Shown here piece by piece: positions 49,596-61,784 of a stretch of DNA of 64,000 nucleotides. The notes beneath the pieces are model-generated. The model was not told where the DNA came from, did no database searches, and worked only from the letters and a program-made list of their open reading frames with translations. The position numbers were made by a program, and so were the translations under genes. Each line of letters starts with the position of its first letter. Position 1 is the first letter of the stretch. Source of the DNA: Tagaea sp. (GTDB taxonomy: Bacteria; Pseudomonadota; Alphaproteobacteria; CACIAM-22H2); assembly GCA_965279525.1 (NCBI GenBank), contig CBDIIB010000005.1, positions 384,001 to 448,000 on the forward strand. The letters are read 5' to 3'.

Positions 49596-50378
49596 ATGAC
49601 GCTCAAGGGCAGATCGGCGATCGTGACGGGTTCGACCAGCGGCATCGGGCTGGGGATCGCGCGCGCACTCGCGGCACAAGGCGCCAACATCATGCTCAAC
49701 GGCTTCGGCGATGCCGGCGCCATCGAAGCGCTGCGCAAGGAAATCGCCGCCGGCGGCGTCAAGGTCGCCTACTCGGCCGCCGACTTGACCAAGCCCGAAG
49801 CCGTCGCCGGCCTCGTCGCGTCGTGCATCGCGGAACTTGGCACGGTCGACATCCTCGTCAACAACGCCGGCATGCAGCACGTCGCCCCGGTCGACCAGTT
49901 CCCGCTCGAGATGTGGGACAAGGTCATCCAGCTCAATCTCACCTCGTGCTTCCAGGCGATCCGGGCCGCCCTGCCCGACATGAAGAAGCGCAACTGGGGG
50001 CGCATCGTCAACATCGCCTCGGCGCACGGCCTTGTCGCGTCGGCCGAGAAGTCGGCCTATGTCGCGGCCAAGCACGGCCTCATGGGCCTCACCAAGGTCG
50101 TGGCGCTGGAAACGGCGACGACCGGCATCACCGCCAATTCGATCTGCCCGGGCTGGGTGCTGACCCCGCTGGTGCAGAAGCAGATCGATGCGCTTGCCGC
50201 GCGCAAGGGCATTTCGGGCGAGGCCGCGAAGATCGAGCTCCTGTCGGAAAAGCAGCCGTCGAAGGAATTCGCCACGCCCGAGCAGATCGGCGGGCTTGCC
50301 GCCTTCCTGTGCTCGCCGGCGGCCGACCAGATCCGCGGCGCCTCGTTCTCGATCGACGGCGGCTGGACCGCGCAGTGA
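49596..50378 (+). CDS. bdhA: 3-hydroxybutyrate dehydrogenase
   Basis: TGSTSGIG, NNAGMQH, SAHGLVAS, KSAYVAAKHG, CPGWVLTPLV. Confidence 0.93.
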   Translation: MTLKGRSAIVTGSTSGIGLGIARALAAQGANIMLNGFGDAGAIEALRKEIAAGGVKVAYSAADLTKPEAVAGLVASCIAELGTVDILVNNAGMQHVAPVDQFPLEMWDKVIQLNLTSCFQAIRAALPDMKKRNWGRIVNIASAHGLVASAEKSAYVAAKHGLMGLTKVVALETATTGITANSICPGWVLTPLVQKQIDALAARKGISGEAAKIELLSEKQPSKEFATPEQIGGLAAFLCSPAADQIRGASFSIDGGWTAQ

Positions 50379-50388
50379 GGACACGCAA

Positions 50389-51105
50389 GTGAAACTCGAC
50401 ATGGTCAAGCATGCACCTGAAACGGCGGTCAAGGGGGCCGCATGGGCGGTGCATGCGCTGACGGCGTCGGGTGCCGTGATCGGCCTGCTGGCGCTGTTCG
50501 CGGTCATCGAGGGCGACGCGCGCCAGGCGCTGCTGTGGCTGGGCCTTGCCCTCATCGTCGACGGCATCGACGGCCCGGTCGCGCGCAAGCTCGACGTCGC
50601 CAATCGCCTGCCGCGCTTCGACGGGGCGCTGCTCGACCTGGTGGTCGACTATCTCACCTATGTGGTCGTGCCGGCCGTGATGATGTGGCAGTTCGGCTGG
50701 CTGGGCGACGGCTGGCTCGCGGCCGCGGCGGCGGGCTGGATCATCTTCAGCGCGCTCTACGTCTTCGCCAATCTCGACCTCAAGACCGAAGACAACTACT
50801 TCGTCGGCTTCCCGGCGATCTGGAACGTGGTGGCCCTGTTCATGTTCGTGCTCGAGCCCGAGCCGTGGATGAACCTCGTGGCCGTCGCGGTGCTGGGTGC
50901 CTTCAGCTTCACGAAGGTGAAGTCCGCCCATCCGCTGCGCGTGCGCGATTTCCGCACCGTCACGCTGGGCATGGCGGCACTCTGGGTCGGCACGTCGTTC
51001 GGCCTCATCTGGCTGTCGCCCGCACGGCCCGATCTCCTCCTCGCGGGCTGGCTTGCCGCCAACGCGTGGTTCGTCGGCCTCAGCTTCTGGCGCAGTTTTC
51101 GCTAG
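50389..51105 (+). CDS. pcs: Phosphatidylcholine synthase (CDP-alcohol phosphatidyltransferase)
   Basis: VHALTASG, DGIDGPVAR...DGALLDLVVDYLTY, YFVGFPAIWN. Confidence 0.88.
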   Translation: MKLDMVKHAPETAVKGAAWAVHALTASGAVIGLLALFAVIEGDARQALLWLGLALIVDGIDGPVARKLDVANRLPRFDGALLDLVVDYLTYVVVPAVMMWQFGWLGDGWLAAAAAGWIIFSALYVFANLDLKTEDNYFVGFPAIWNVVALFMFVLEPEPWMNLVAVAVLGAFSFTKVKSAHPLRVRDFRTVTLGMAALWVGTSFGLIWLSPARPDLLLAGWLAANAWFVGLSFWRSFR

Positions 51106-51123
51106 GTCCGTCCGATGTTCCGG

Positions 51124-51525
51124 TCACTCGCCCTGCGGACGCACGCCCATCCGGCGCCACAGCTCGTCGCTGAGGTCGCCCTGGCGCACGACCGGGCCGG
51201 TGGGCCGCGGCGGGGCGGGCTCGGGCGGCGGGATGTCGACCAGCGGATGCTCCTCGGCCTTGAAATAGATCATCCAGCTCGCCGCCCCCAGCGTGCCGGC
51301 CATCGCGATGCCCAGCGCCGCGAAGATCACCAGCTTCAGCCGGTTGAGGCGCGGGGCAGGTTCGGGCACCGCGGGCGGGGCATCGTCGGCGAGTGCCGCC
51401 TTGCCCTTCATGCCGGGACCCGGCTTGCCGCCTTTTGCAGGCGGGCCGCCCTTGGGCGCGGGTTTGCCGGCCGGCATCGCGGGTGTCCGGGGGCCTCTGG
51501 CGGGTGCTTTCGCGGGTGCGGCCAT
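51124..51525 (-). CDS. Hypothetical Pro-rich single-pass membrane protein
   Basis: Pro/Lys-rich N-terminus, one TM segment. Confidence 0.55.
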   Translation of the reverse strand: MAAPAKAPARGPRTPAMPAGKPAPKGGPPAKGGKPGPGMKGKAALADDAPPAVPEPAPRLNRLKLVIFAALGIAMAGTLGAASWMIYFKAEEHPLVDIPPPEPAPPRPTGPVVRQGDLSDELWRRMGVRPQGE

Positions 51526-51596
51526 GGGAATGAGTCTAACCGATCCGGCGTTTCCCGTCATGGGATAGCCGACCAAACGGAGAAAGCCTGAGTCAC

Positions 51597-52361
51597 ATGG
51601 ATATCGTCCAGCAGATCAAGGAAGTCCTGCTCGTCTACGGCCCGCCCTTCGTGGCCGGGATCGCCATCCTCATCGTCGGCTCGTGGGTCGCCGGATTCGT
51701 GCAGCACGGCGTGGCCACGACGCTGGAAAAGGTCGGCCGCGTCGAGCTGACGCTGGCGCGCTTCCTTGCCAGCCTCGCGCGCTACCTCGTTCTCGTCGTC
51801 GTGGTGCTCGCCGCCCTCTCGCAGTTCGGCGTGCAGACCGCGAGCCTGATCGCGGTCTTCGGTGCGGCCGGCCTCGCGGTGGGCCTCGCCCTGCAGGGCA
51901 CGCTCTCGAACGTGGCGGCGGGCGTCATGCTGCTGGCCTTCCGCCCCTACCGCGTGGGCGACCGGATCGACGCGGCCGGCACCGCCGGCAAGGTCGAGGC
52001 GATCGACCTCTTCGTCACCGACATCCGCACCGACGACAACGTCCAGGTGCTCGTCCCCAACGGCAAGATCTGGGGCGACAAGGTGACGAACCACTCGAAA
52101 TACCAGATGAAGCGCCTCGATTTCGAGATCTCGATCCCCGACGGCACCGACGTCGAGGCCGCGTGCGCGCGGATCGTGGCGGTGGCGGCGGGCGATCCGC
52201 GCGCGCTGAAGTCGCCCGGTGCCGAAGCCATCGTCACGAAGTACTCGGCCGACAGCGTCACGGTGGCGCTGCGCGTGTGGTGCGCGCCCGCCGACGAGGG
52301 CGCCATGCGCTCGTCGATGAACCTCGCCTTGCGCAACCTCGCCAAGGCCGGATTCGCCTGA
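51597..52361 (+). CDS. mscS: Small-conductance mechanosensitive channel
   Basis: GAAGLAVGLALQGTLSNVAAG, RPYRVGD, VPNG. Confidence 0.92.
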   Translation: MDIVQQIKEVLLVYGPPFVAGIAILIVGSWVAGFVQHGVATTLEKVGRVELTLARFLASLARYLVLVVVVLAALSQFGVQTASLIAVFGAAGLAVGLALQGTLSNVAAGVMLLAFRPYRVGDRIDAAGTAGKVEAIDLFVTDIRTDDNVQVLVPNGKIWGDKVTNHSKYQMKRLDFEISIPDGTDVEAACARIVAVAAGDPRALKSPGAEAIVTKYSADSVTVALRVWCAPADEGAMRSSMNLALRNLAKAGFA

Positions 52362-52714
52362 TGGGCAGCCAGACGATACGCGAAGCGAAGTTCCGGATCG
52401 GCGAGATCGTCCGCCACCGCATCTTCGAGTTCCGCGGCGTGGTCTACGACGTCGATCCGGTCTTCGCGAATACCGAGGAATGGTACCGCGCGATCCCGCC
52501 ATCGGTGCGCCCGCGCAAGGACCAGCCGTTCTACCATCTCTACGCCATCAACGCCGAGCAGGGCCCCTACCAGGCCTATGTCAGCGAGCAGAACCTGCTT
52601 GCCGACGCGGCCAACGGCCCGGTCGACCATCCGGACGTCAAGCGCGCGTTCGGCGGATTGGTTGATGGTGTTTACGGTTCGAAGGGCGATGCGGGGCGCC
52701 GCGCGCTGAACTGA
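52361..52714 (+). CDS. hspQ: Heat shock protein HspQ (YccV-like)
   Basis: AKFRIGEIVRHR, DVDP, KDQPFYHL, AYVSEQNL. Confidence 0.9.
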   Translation: MGSQTIREAKFRIGEIVRHRIFEFRGVVYDVDPVFANTEEWYRAIPPSVRPRKDQPFYHLYAINAEQGPYQAYVSEQNLLADAANGPVDHPDVKRAFGGLVDGVYGSKGDAGRRALN

Positions 52715-52773
52715 AACCGCGCAAGCGCGATCAAGGCCGTTTCGGGCAGTTTGAGGGCCACGGAGAAACGACC

Positions 52774-53630
52774 ATGCCCGCGAAGACGAACACCCGCCTC
52801 GACCACGCAAAGCGAATCGACCGCGCGATACGCCATCTGGCCCAACGGCTGGATGCGCCCCTGTCGCTCGACGATCTTGCCGCAGTCGCGTGCTTTTCGC
52901 CCTGCCATTTCCACCGCATCTTCCATGCGGCGACGGGCGAAACGCCGGCCGAAACGCTGCGCCGCCTGCGCCTCGACCGTGCGGCCGCCGAACTCGTGCA
53001 GGGCACCGCACCGGTTCCGGCGATCGCGCGTCGGGCGGGTTACGGGTCGGCGGCGGCGTTCACGCGCGCGTTCTCGGCTTTCTACGGCACGCCGCCGGCG
53101 GCCTATCGCGCCGGCGGCCTGGCCGCTTCTCCGTCCCGCCCTGACCCCAAGATGGAGAACACAATGCACGACGTACGCATCGAAGAACGCCCCGCCTTCC
53201 GCCTCGCCTCGATCCCCCATGCCGGGCGCTACACCGACATCGGCGCCACGTTCGACCGCGTGGGTGCCTGGCTGGGTGCGCGCGGCCTGATCGATGCCGG
53301 CACGCGCTGGATCGGCATCTACCACGACGATCCGGCGCAAGTACCTGTCGACAAGCTGCGCTCGGAAGCCTGCGGCACCGTCGGCCCCGAAACGGGTCCC
53401 GACGAGACGATCCGCATCGTGGGTCTCGCCGGCGGCCGGCACGCGGTGCTGCGCTTCAAGGGGCCCTATTCGGAACTCGAGGGTGCCTATCGCTGGCTGT
53501 TCGGCACATGGCTTGCCGGCAGCGGCGAGGAAGCCGCCGACCGGCCGTGCCACGAGGAATATCTCAACGATCCGAAGACGACGCCGCCGGCCGAGCTGCT
53601 GACCGACATCTGCCTGCCGCTCGTCCCGCG

Positions 53631-53634
<4 letters not shown>
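52774..53634 (+). CDS. AraC family regulator with GyrI-like effector domain
   Basis: FSPCHFHRIF, AFTRAF HTH; C-terminal GPYSEL, EEYLNDP. Confidence 0.9.
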
Positions 53635-55463
<1,829 letters not shown>

Positions 55464-55491
55464 CGCCGGGCGTGCATGCCAAGCTATGGGA

Positions 55492-55989
55492 ATGCTGGTT
55501 TCCGGACTCTTCCACATCGCGATCAAGACCAACGATCTTGCCGCCACCGAGCGCTTCTATACGGCCCTGCTTGGCCTGAAGAAGGTGGCGCGGCCCGATT
55601 TCGGCTATCCGGGCGCCTGGCTCGCCACGACCGGGCCGGCCGGCAGCGCCATCATCCACATCTATGCCGGCGGGCCGGCACTGGGTGCGGACGGCAAGGC
55701 ACCTTCGGGCACGGCCGCGATCGACCATGTCTCGATCGCCGCCCACGGCTTTCACGATTTCCGCGCCGCGTTCGAGCGCCATGGTTTGCCCTGGCGCGAG
55801 TTTCTCGTTCCCGGCACGACGCTCTGGCAGCTCTTCGTCTACGACCCGTCGGGCGTGCAGCTGGAGCTGACCTTCGACGGTGCGACCGAGGCGGGGCCGC
55901 CGCCCGACATGCGCCCGGGCCATGGCTACGTCGCTGGGACGAGCTTCTTCGACCCCGCCCCCTATGCCGCTTTCGGGAGTTCGCGATGA
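55492..55989 (+). CDS. VOC/glyoxalase family protein
   Basis: LFHIAI, IDHVSI, DPSGVQLEL. Confidence 0.85.
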   Translation: MLVSGLFHIAIKTNDLAATERFYTALLGLKKVARPDFGYPGAWLATTGPAGSAIIHIYAGGPALGADGKAPSGTAAIDHVSIAAHGFHDFRAAFERHGLPWREFLVPGTTLWQLFVYDPSGVQLELTFDGATEAGPPPDMRPGHGYVAGTSFFDPAPYAAFGSSR

Positions 55990-56822
55990 ACGCGTTTGCC
56001 GCCCGCCGTCGCCGATTTGCCGAACTGCACGCGTCGGGCTGCTTCGTCATTCCCAATCCGTGGGATATCGGTTCGGCGATGATGCTGCGCCATCTGGGAT
56101 ACGAAGCGCTCGCCACGACGTCGTCCGGCTTCTCGTTCTCGCAGGGCCTGCCCGACATGGACTGGGCGGTGCCGCTCGAGATGGAGCTTGCCCACATCGC
56201 CGCGATCGTCGGAGCGAGCGATCTGCCGGTGAATGCCGATTTTGAGTCCGGCTATGCACATGACATCGACGGACTGGTTCGCAACGTGAAACGCTGCGCC
56301 GAGACCGGCGTCGCCGGCCTGTCGATCGAGGATGCGACCGGCGACAATGCCGAGCCGCTGTTCGCCTTCGACGTCGCGGTCGAGCGCGTGGCGGCCGCGG
56401 CGGCCGCCCTCAAGGGGACAGGCGTCCTGCTGACGGCGCGCTGCGAAGGGCTGCTGGTCGGCCATCCCGACGCGCGTGCCGAAATCGCGCGCCGCCTGCC
56501 CGCCTTCGCCGCCGCCGGGGCCGACGTGCTCTATGCGCCCGGTTTGAAAACACGCGACGAGATCGCCGGCGTGGTGGCGCTTGCCGGATCGAAGCCGGTC
56601 AACCTGCTGGTTTCCGCGCCCATCGGCCTTACGGTCGCCGACATCGCGGCGCTGGGCGTGCGACGCATCAGCGTGGGCTCCGGCTTCGCACGCGCCGCGT
56701 GGGGCGGGTTCCTGAAAGCGGCACGCACGCTTCGCGAGACCGGCAGCTTCGAGCCGCTGCGCGATGCCGAACCGTTCGGCTTCCTCAACGATTTCTTCCG
56801 CAGCCAGGTTTCCCGCAGATGA
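55986..56822 (+). CDS. Isocitrate lyase/PEP mutase family protein
   Basis: PNPWDIGSA, ATTSSG, NADFESGY, SIED, RRISVG. Confidence 0.88.
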   Translation: MNAFAARRRRFAELHASGCFVIPNPWDIGSAMMLRHLGYEALATTSSGFSFSQGLPDMDWAVPLEMELAHIAAIVGASDLPVNADFESGYAHDIDGLVRNVKRCAETGVAGLSIEDATGDNAEPLFAFDVAVERVAAAAAALKGTGVLLTARCEGLLVGHPDARAEIARRLPAFAAAGADVLYAPGLKTRDEIAGVVALAGSKPVNLLVSAPIGLTVADIAALGVRRISVGSGFARAAWGGFLKAARTLRETGSFEPLRDAEPFGFLNDFFRSQVSRR

Positions 56823-57517
56823 CGCCCCAGTTCGGCCCGCCCGTCGACACGCACCATGCCCCGCAACCCGTCCATTGCGTCATCGAAGGCCGTCATTGCA
56901 GGCTGCGCCCGCTTGAACCGTTGCGCGACGGCGACGGGCTCTACAAGTTGAGCCACGGGCCCGAGGCGGAATCGCAGTGGGCCTATCTTTTCACCGGTCC
57001 CTATCCGGTGCGCGCCGACTTCGACGCGCACGTGGCGAAGATCGCGGCCGGGACGACGGACCCCGTCTACTGGGCGATCGCCGATCGGAACGACCGGGCA
57101 GTGGGCTGGCTCTCGCTGATGCGCATCGACCGCGCGCACCGCGTGATCGAGGTCGGCTCGATCCTGCACACGCCGGCGCTGCAGCGCACGCCGGCCTCGA
57201 CCGAAGCGCAGTTCCTGATGATGCGCCACGTGTTCGAGACGCTCGGGTACCGGCGCTACGAATGGAAGTGCAACGACCTCAACGAGCCTTCCAAGCGCAC
57301 GGCCCAGCGCCTCGGCTTCTCGTTCGAAGGACTGTTCCGCCAGCATATGATCGCCAAGGGCCGCAACCGCGACACGGCATGGTACTCGATGCTCGATCGC
57401 GAATGGCCGGCGCGCAAGGCGGCGTTCGAGACATGGCTGTCGCCGGACAATTTCGATGCCGCCGGCAAGCAGAAGCAGGCTCTGGGCGAACTGATCGCGC
57501 GCTCGGCCGGCCGCTAG
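56819..57517 (+). CDS. GNAT (RimJ/RimL-like) acetyltransferase
   Basis: IEVGSI, YRRYEWKC, GFSFEG, GRNRDTAW. Confidence 0.9.
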   Translation: MTPQFGPPVDTHHAPQPVHCVIEGRHCRLRPLEPLRDGDGLYKLSHGPEAESQWAYLFTGPYPVRADFDAHVAKIAAGTTDPVYWAIADRNDRAVGWLSLMRIDRAHRVIEVGSILHTPALQRTPASTEAQFLMMRHVFETLGYRRYEWKCNDLNEPSKRTAQRLGFSFEGLFRQHMIAKGRNRDTAWYSMLDREWPARKAAFETWLSPDNFDAAGKQKQALGELIARSAGR

Positions 57518-58219
57518 CTAGCCGACGACGTGGATCGCCAGGGCCGGCGCCTTGCCCGCGGCGAGATCGACGATCGCATAGGTGGCCCCGCGTCCGACAT
57601 CGTCGGTCGGCGAACCTGAATAGGCGGCCGTCGCCGCCGGCGTCACCAGTTCCATCGCCGCGTGGTGGTGGCCGAGAGCGAGATAGTCGAACCCCGCTGC
57701 CTCGATCTCTTCCATACGAATCGGCGAAGAACGCTCGCTTGCTTCGCCACGCGGCACGAACAGCCCGTGCCCGAGGCCCAGATGCCAGCGCGCACCATCG
57801 GGCCGCGGCGGGCTGCCGGCGAGCGGGCGGAAATCGTTCGAATGCTCGACCATGCCCTTGCCCCAGACGCTGACGCCCAGTTCCGGCAGCGCGGCACTGC
57901 CACCATCCTGTTCGGCAAGCAGGCGAATGTTCGCGATGCGGCCGAAATCATGGCGCCGGAAGACGGCGTCGTCGGCAAGGCAGTCATGGTTGCCCGGGAT
58001 CATCGCGACCGGGAATGGCAGGCGACCCAGCGCTTCCATCGCCCACAAGACCGTGGGGTCGGCCACGTTGTTCGCGTCGAACAGGTCGCCGGCGAGCAGC
58101 ATCAAGTCGGGCCGGTGGCCGACCATCGCGTCGAGCGCACGCGCGAATCGCGCCGGGACGGCCTCGTTGGCGCCGAGATGGATGTCCGAGCAGTGGGCGA
58201 TGCGCAGGCGATCAGTCAT
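57518..58219 (-). CDS. Calcineurin-like metallophosphoesterase (SbcD/Mre11-like)
   Basis: SDIHLG, AGDLFD, PGNHD, GHG, ALGHHH, YSGSP. Confidence 0.85.
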   Translation of the reverse strand: MTDRLRIAHCSDIHLGANEAVPARFARALDAMVGHRPDLMLLAGDLFDANNVADPTVLWAMEALGRLPFPVAMIPGNHDCLADDAVFRRHDFGRIANIRLLAEQDGGSAALPELGVSVWGKGMVEHSNDFRPLAGSPPRPDGARWHLGLGHGLFVPRGEASERSSPIRMEEIEAAGFDYLALGHHHAAMELVTPAATAAYSGSPTDDVGRGATYAIVDLAAGKAPALAIHVVG

Positions 58220-58251
58220 CGCGTTCAGATACCGCCGATCGGACGTTTCGT

Positions 58252-58998
58252 CTAGCCGCCCAGATATGTTCCGCCGTTGAGATGGATGACCTGTCCGGTG
58301 ACAAAACGCCCGCCGGGCCCGGCGAGCCAGCGCACGGCGCTGCCGATCTCGTCGGGATGCCCGCGCCGTCCCAGCAGCGTCTGGTGCGTGGCGTGGTGCT
58401 TGGGCTGCTGGTGGCCGGCCGAAGCGCCGCGCACCGTATCCATCATGCCCGGTGCGACGTTGTTGACCGTGATGCCGTGCGGTGCCAGATCGTGCGCAAG
58501 GGCACGCGTGAGGCCGACAAGCCCCGCCTTCGCGGTGACGACATGCACGCGGTCGACCGCCCCGGTATGCGCGGTCAGGCCGCCGATATTGACGATGGCG
58601 CCCGCCCCGCTCGCCTTGAGGGCCGCAAGCGACGCCTGCGCGCAGTTGAAGGCACCATCGAGGCAGATCGCCAGCACGTTGCGCCAAGTCGCGTAATCCA
58701 GCATCTCGAACGGCTTCTCGCCGCGCACGGCGGCGTTGTTGACGAGGATGTCGAGCCGGCCGAACCGGGCGAGCGTGGCGGCTACCATCGCGTCGACGGC
58801 CGCACGGTCGGTCACGTCGGCCATCGCGACCATCGCGGCAGGGCCGATCTCGGCGGCGACCGCCTCGGCCTCATCCCGGTTGGTCCGCGCATTGACGACG
58901 ACGCTGGCACCGGCGGCGGCAAGTTCGAGCGCGATCGACCGGCCGATATTGCGCCCGGCGCCGGTGACGAGCGCCACGCGCCCCTTGAGTTCAGCCAT
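58252..58998 (-). CDS. SDR family oxidoreductase
   Basis: TGAGRNIG, NNAA; HVVTAK replaces the usual YxxxK. Confidence 0.88.
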   Translation of the reverse strand: MAELKGRVALVTGAGRNIGRSIALELAAAGASVVVNARTNRDEAEAVAAEIGPAAMVAMADVTDRAAVDAMVAATLARFGRLDILVNNAAVRGEKPFEMLDYATWRNVLAICLDGAFNCAQASLAALKASGAGAIVNIGGLTAHTGAVDRVHVVTAKAGLVGLTRALAHDLAPHGITVNNVAPGMMDTVRGASAGHQQPKHHATHQTLLGRRGHPDEIGSAVRWLAGPGGRFVTGQVIHLNGGTYLGG

Positions 58999-59001
58999 TC
59001 T

Positions 59002-60351
59002 TCAACCTCCGAAATCGGAAAGGGAAACGGGTGCACCTGAGTCCAGCACGGACTCGGCAAAGGCCAGCAGGCGGTCGGAACGTGCGTCCGGCCAGCCGCC
59101 ATGGCGACAGTTGAGGCGGAACTTCTCGACGATCTCGGCGCGGGTCAGCGGCTCGTTCGATCCGCCGCGGAAATGCGGCTGGCGTTCCTCGATGACGTTG
59201 CCGTCCGCCATCGAAATGCGCACGTGCCCTGTGAACTGGTTGGGATAGGGATTGTTCGGATCGACGACATAGCGCACCTTGCGCGCGATCGCGCGCAGGC
59301 GCTCGTCGGCGACCTGCGCGTCGGTGAATGCCGCAAGCCCGCCTTGGCCGAGCACGAGGCCCGCTGCGATGCCATAGGGGATGCTGAACTTGGCGGCATA
59401 ACCGTTGGGCGGGTTCTGCTTGGCCTCGAGCGGTTCCCACAGGCGATGCAGGATGCCTTCCGCCGTCTCGCATTCGATCGAGATGATCCTGGAAAGATCG
59501 AGCCCGCGCGCCGCGATGCGTTTGGCGCAGTCGATATAGGGGTGGATCATCGTGCCGCAGGCATAGGGCTTGAACGCGATCGTCTCGCTGACCCACTGCT
59601 TGCCAAAGCCGTCGAGCAGCCCCGACCAGTCGGTCGGCACCTTGCGTGCAAACCCGTGGAACAGGCCGTGCGTGCCTTCGAACAGCGTGCGCGGGCCGGT
59701 GAAGCCGCCTGCGGCAAGTCGTGCCGCACGGTAGCCGCTCTGTGCGGCCCAGCCCGGATGCAGCCGCTTGGTCCATGTCCCTTCGGCAAGATACTCGATG
59801 ATGCCCGAGGCCATGCTGCCGGCGATGCCCATCGCGTTGACGAGCTGCGCTTTCGAAAGACCCAGCGCGGTTCCTGCCGCCGCCGCCGCCCCGATGGCAC
59901 CGAACACGGCCGTGGGGTGGAAACCGGCCTTGTGCGTGGCCTTGGGCACCACGACGGAAAGCCGGCACGTGATCTCGGTCCCGATCGCGATCGCGCGCAT
60001 CGCGAGGCGCCCCGGCACCTTGTGGCGCTCGGCCGTGGCGAGCACGGCGGGCAGGATGACCACGCCGGCATGCACCGGCCCGCCCTCGAACGTGTCGTCG
60101 AAATCCTCGCCGTGTGCGGCAACGCCGTTGAGCATCGCGGCATCGGCCGGCGAGAAGCCGCCGGCAAGGCCGATCGCCGTGCAGGGCCCGCCCTCGTCGA
60201 CGCCCTTGCGCGCGGCGACGAGGAAATCGGTCTCGCGCGCGGCAACGCAGATCCCCGCGATGTCGATCAGCTGGGTCTGCGCCATCGCGGCGGCCGCCGG
60301 CGTGGGCTTTGCGGCAAGGCAGGCATCGGCGAGCGTTTCGGCGACGGTCAT
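59002..60351 (-). CDS. MmgE/PrpD family protein
   Basis: MTVAETLA start; AHGEDFDD, GFHPT, KRLHPG, KPYACG, AKFS. Confidence 0.9.
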   Translation of the reverse strand: MTVAETLADACLAAKPTPAAAAMAQTQLIDIAGICVAARETDFLVAARKGVDEGGPCTAIGLAGGFSPADAAMLNGVAAHGEDFDDTFEGGPVHAGVVILPAVLATAERHKVPGRLAMRAIAIGTEITCRLSVVVPKATHKAGFHPTAVFGAIGAAAAAGTALGLSKAQLVNAMGIAGSMASGIIEYLAEGTWTKRLHPGWAAQSGYRAARLAAGGFTGPRTLFEGTHGLFHGFARKVPTDWSGLLDGFGKQWVSETIAFKPYACGTMIHPYIDCAKRIAARGLDLSRIISIECETAEGILHRLWEPLEAKQNPPNGYAAKFSIPYGIAAGLVLGQGGLAAFTDAQVADERLRAIARKVRYVVDPNNPYPNQFTGHVRISMADGNVIEERQPHFRGGSNEPLTRAEIVEKFRLNCRHGGWPDARSDRLLAFAESVLDSGAPVSLSDFGG

Positions 60352-61784
60352 TTCGGCTTGAACTCCCGGATCAGCGAATAGCCGGTCAGCAGCACGGCGG
60401 CGGCCAGCAGCCCGAGCGAGACCGGATCCTCCACGAACACGCCATGGTCGCCGTTCGACAGCACGAGGCTGCGGCGATAGTTGGATTCGACGAGGAACCC
60501 GAGCACGACACCCAGCACCACCGGCAGGACCGGTACGCCGAACCGGCGCATCGCATAGCCGACCACGCCCGCCCCCAGCACGAGGCCGAGATCGAACAGG
60601 CTCTGCTCGATCGCGAACACGCCCGTACACACCAGCGCCAGGATGAACGCGATCAGATAGGGCTTGGGCCGGTTCACGAGCCAGATGCAGGGCGAAAGGA
60701 TGACGAGCCCGACCAGCACCATGAAGATGTTGGCAGCGAGCAGGCCGCCATAGAGACCGTAGACGACGTCGGGCGCCTTCTGGAACAGCAAGGGTCCCGG
60801 CATCAGGCCATGGATCATGAACCCGCCAAGAAGGACCGCAGCCGAGTTCGATCCGGGGATGCCGAGGCTGAGCAGCGGCACGAGGGCGGTTGCCGTCACG
60901 ACGTTGTTGGCGCTTTCCGGTGCCGCCACGCCTTCGACCGATCCCTTGCCGAACTCCTCCGGGTGTTTCGACCAGCGCTTCGCCTCGTTGTAGGCCATGA
61001 AGGCCGCGATCGTGCCGCCGGCACCGGGTGTCACGCCCTCGAACGTGCCGATGCCGCAGCCGATCGCGTTTGCCTTCCAGATTCGCTTCCATGTCGCGAG
61101 ACCGGGCAGCTTCAGGCGCGTGTCGCGCGCATCGGCCTTGCTCCAGCCGGGTGACGAGATCTGCTCGAGCATCTCGGCCACCGCGAACAGGCCGACCATG
61201 ATGAGGATCGGCCGGATGCCGCCGAGCAGATCGGCGCTGCCGAAGGTGAAGCGCGGCACGCCGGAGACCGGGTCGGTCCCGACCGTCGCGACCATCAGGC
61301 CGGCGAACGCGCCGATCAGCCCTTTGAGCAGCGAGCCGCCCGCAAGGCTGGCGATGACGGACAGGCCGAGAATGCCGAGCGCGAAATAGGCGGGCGGGGT
61401 GAAGGCGAGTGCCACCTTGGCCAGCGGCTCGGTCGCGAGCACGAGCACGGCAAGCCCGAACAGCCCGCCGACCAGCCCCGACATCAGCGAGATGCCGAGC
61501 GCTTCGCCGGCCCGGCCCTGCTTGGCAAGCTCGTAGCCGTCGAGCGTCGTGGCGGCAGCCGAATTCGTGCCGGGGGTGCGGATCAGGATTGCCGGGATCG
61601 ATCCGCCGTATTCGGCGCCGACATAGACCGACGCGAGCAGCACGATCGCGACGACCGGTTCCATCCCGTAGGTGAAGGGCAGAAGAAGCGCCATCGCGAT
61701 GGAGGGCGAAATGCCCGGCAGGGCACCGCCGAAAATCCCCCAGATGACGCCGGCCAACGAGGCCAGCAGCGTGCTCAACCCCAT
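60348..61784 (-). CDS. tctA: Tripartite tricarboxylate transporter permease
   Basis: GAEYGGSIPAILIRTPG, APESANN, LGIPGS. Confidence 0.9.
   Translation of the reverse strand: MGLSTLLASLAGVIWGIFGGALPGISPSIAMALLLPFTYGMEPVVAIVLLASVYVGAEYGGSIPAILIRTPGTNSAAATTLDGYELAKQGRAGEALGISLMSGLVGGLFGLAVLVLATEPLAKVALAFTPPAYFALGILGLSVIASLAGGSLLKGLIGAFAGLMVATVGTDPVSGVPRFTFGSADLLGGIRPILIMVGLFAVAEMLEQISSPGWSKADARDTRLKLPGLATWKRIWKANAIGCGIGTFEGVTPGAGGTIAAFMAYNEAKRWSKHPEEFGKGSVEGVAAPESANNVVTATALVPLLSLGIPGSNSAAVLLGGFMIHGLMPGPLLFQKAPDVVYGLYGGLLAANIFMVLVGLVILSPCIWLVNRPKPYLIAFILALVCTGVFAIEQSLFDLGLVLGAGVVGYAMRRFGVPVLPVVLGVVLGFLVESNYRRSLVLSNGDHGVFVEDPVSLGLLAAAVLLTGYSLIREFKPK

Noticed and set aside
57518-58219. SbcCD or defence nuclease system
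   Set aside because: No SMC/ATPase partner; the gene sits at the end of a metabolic operon
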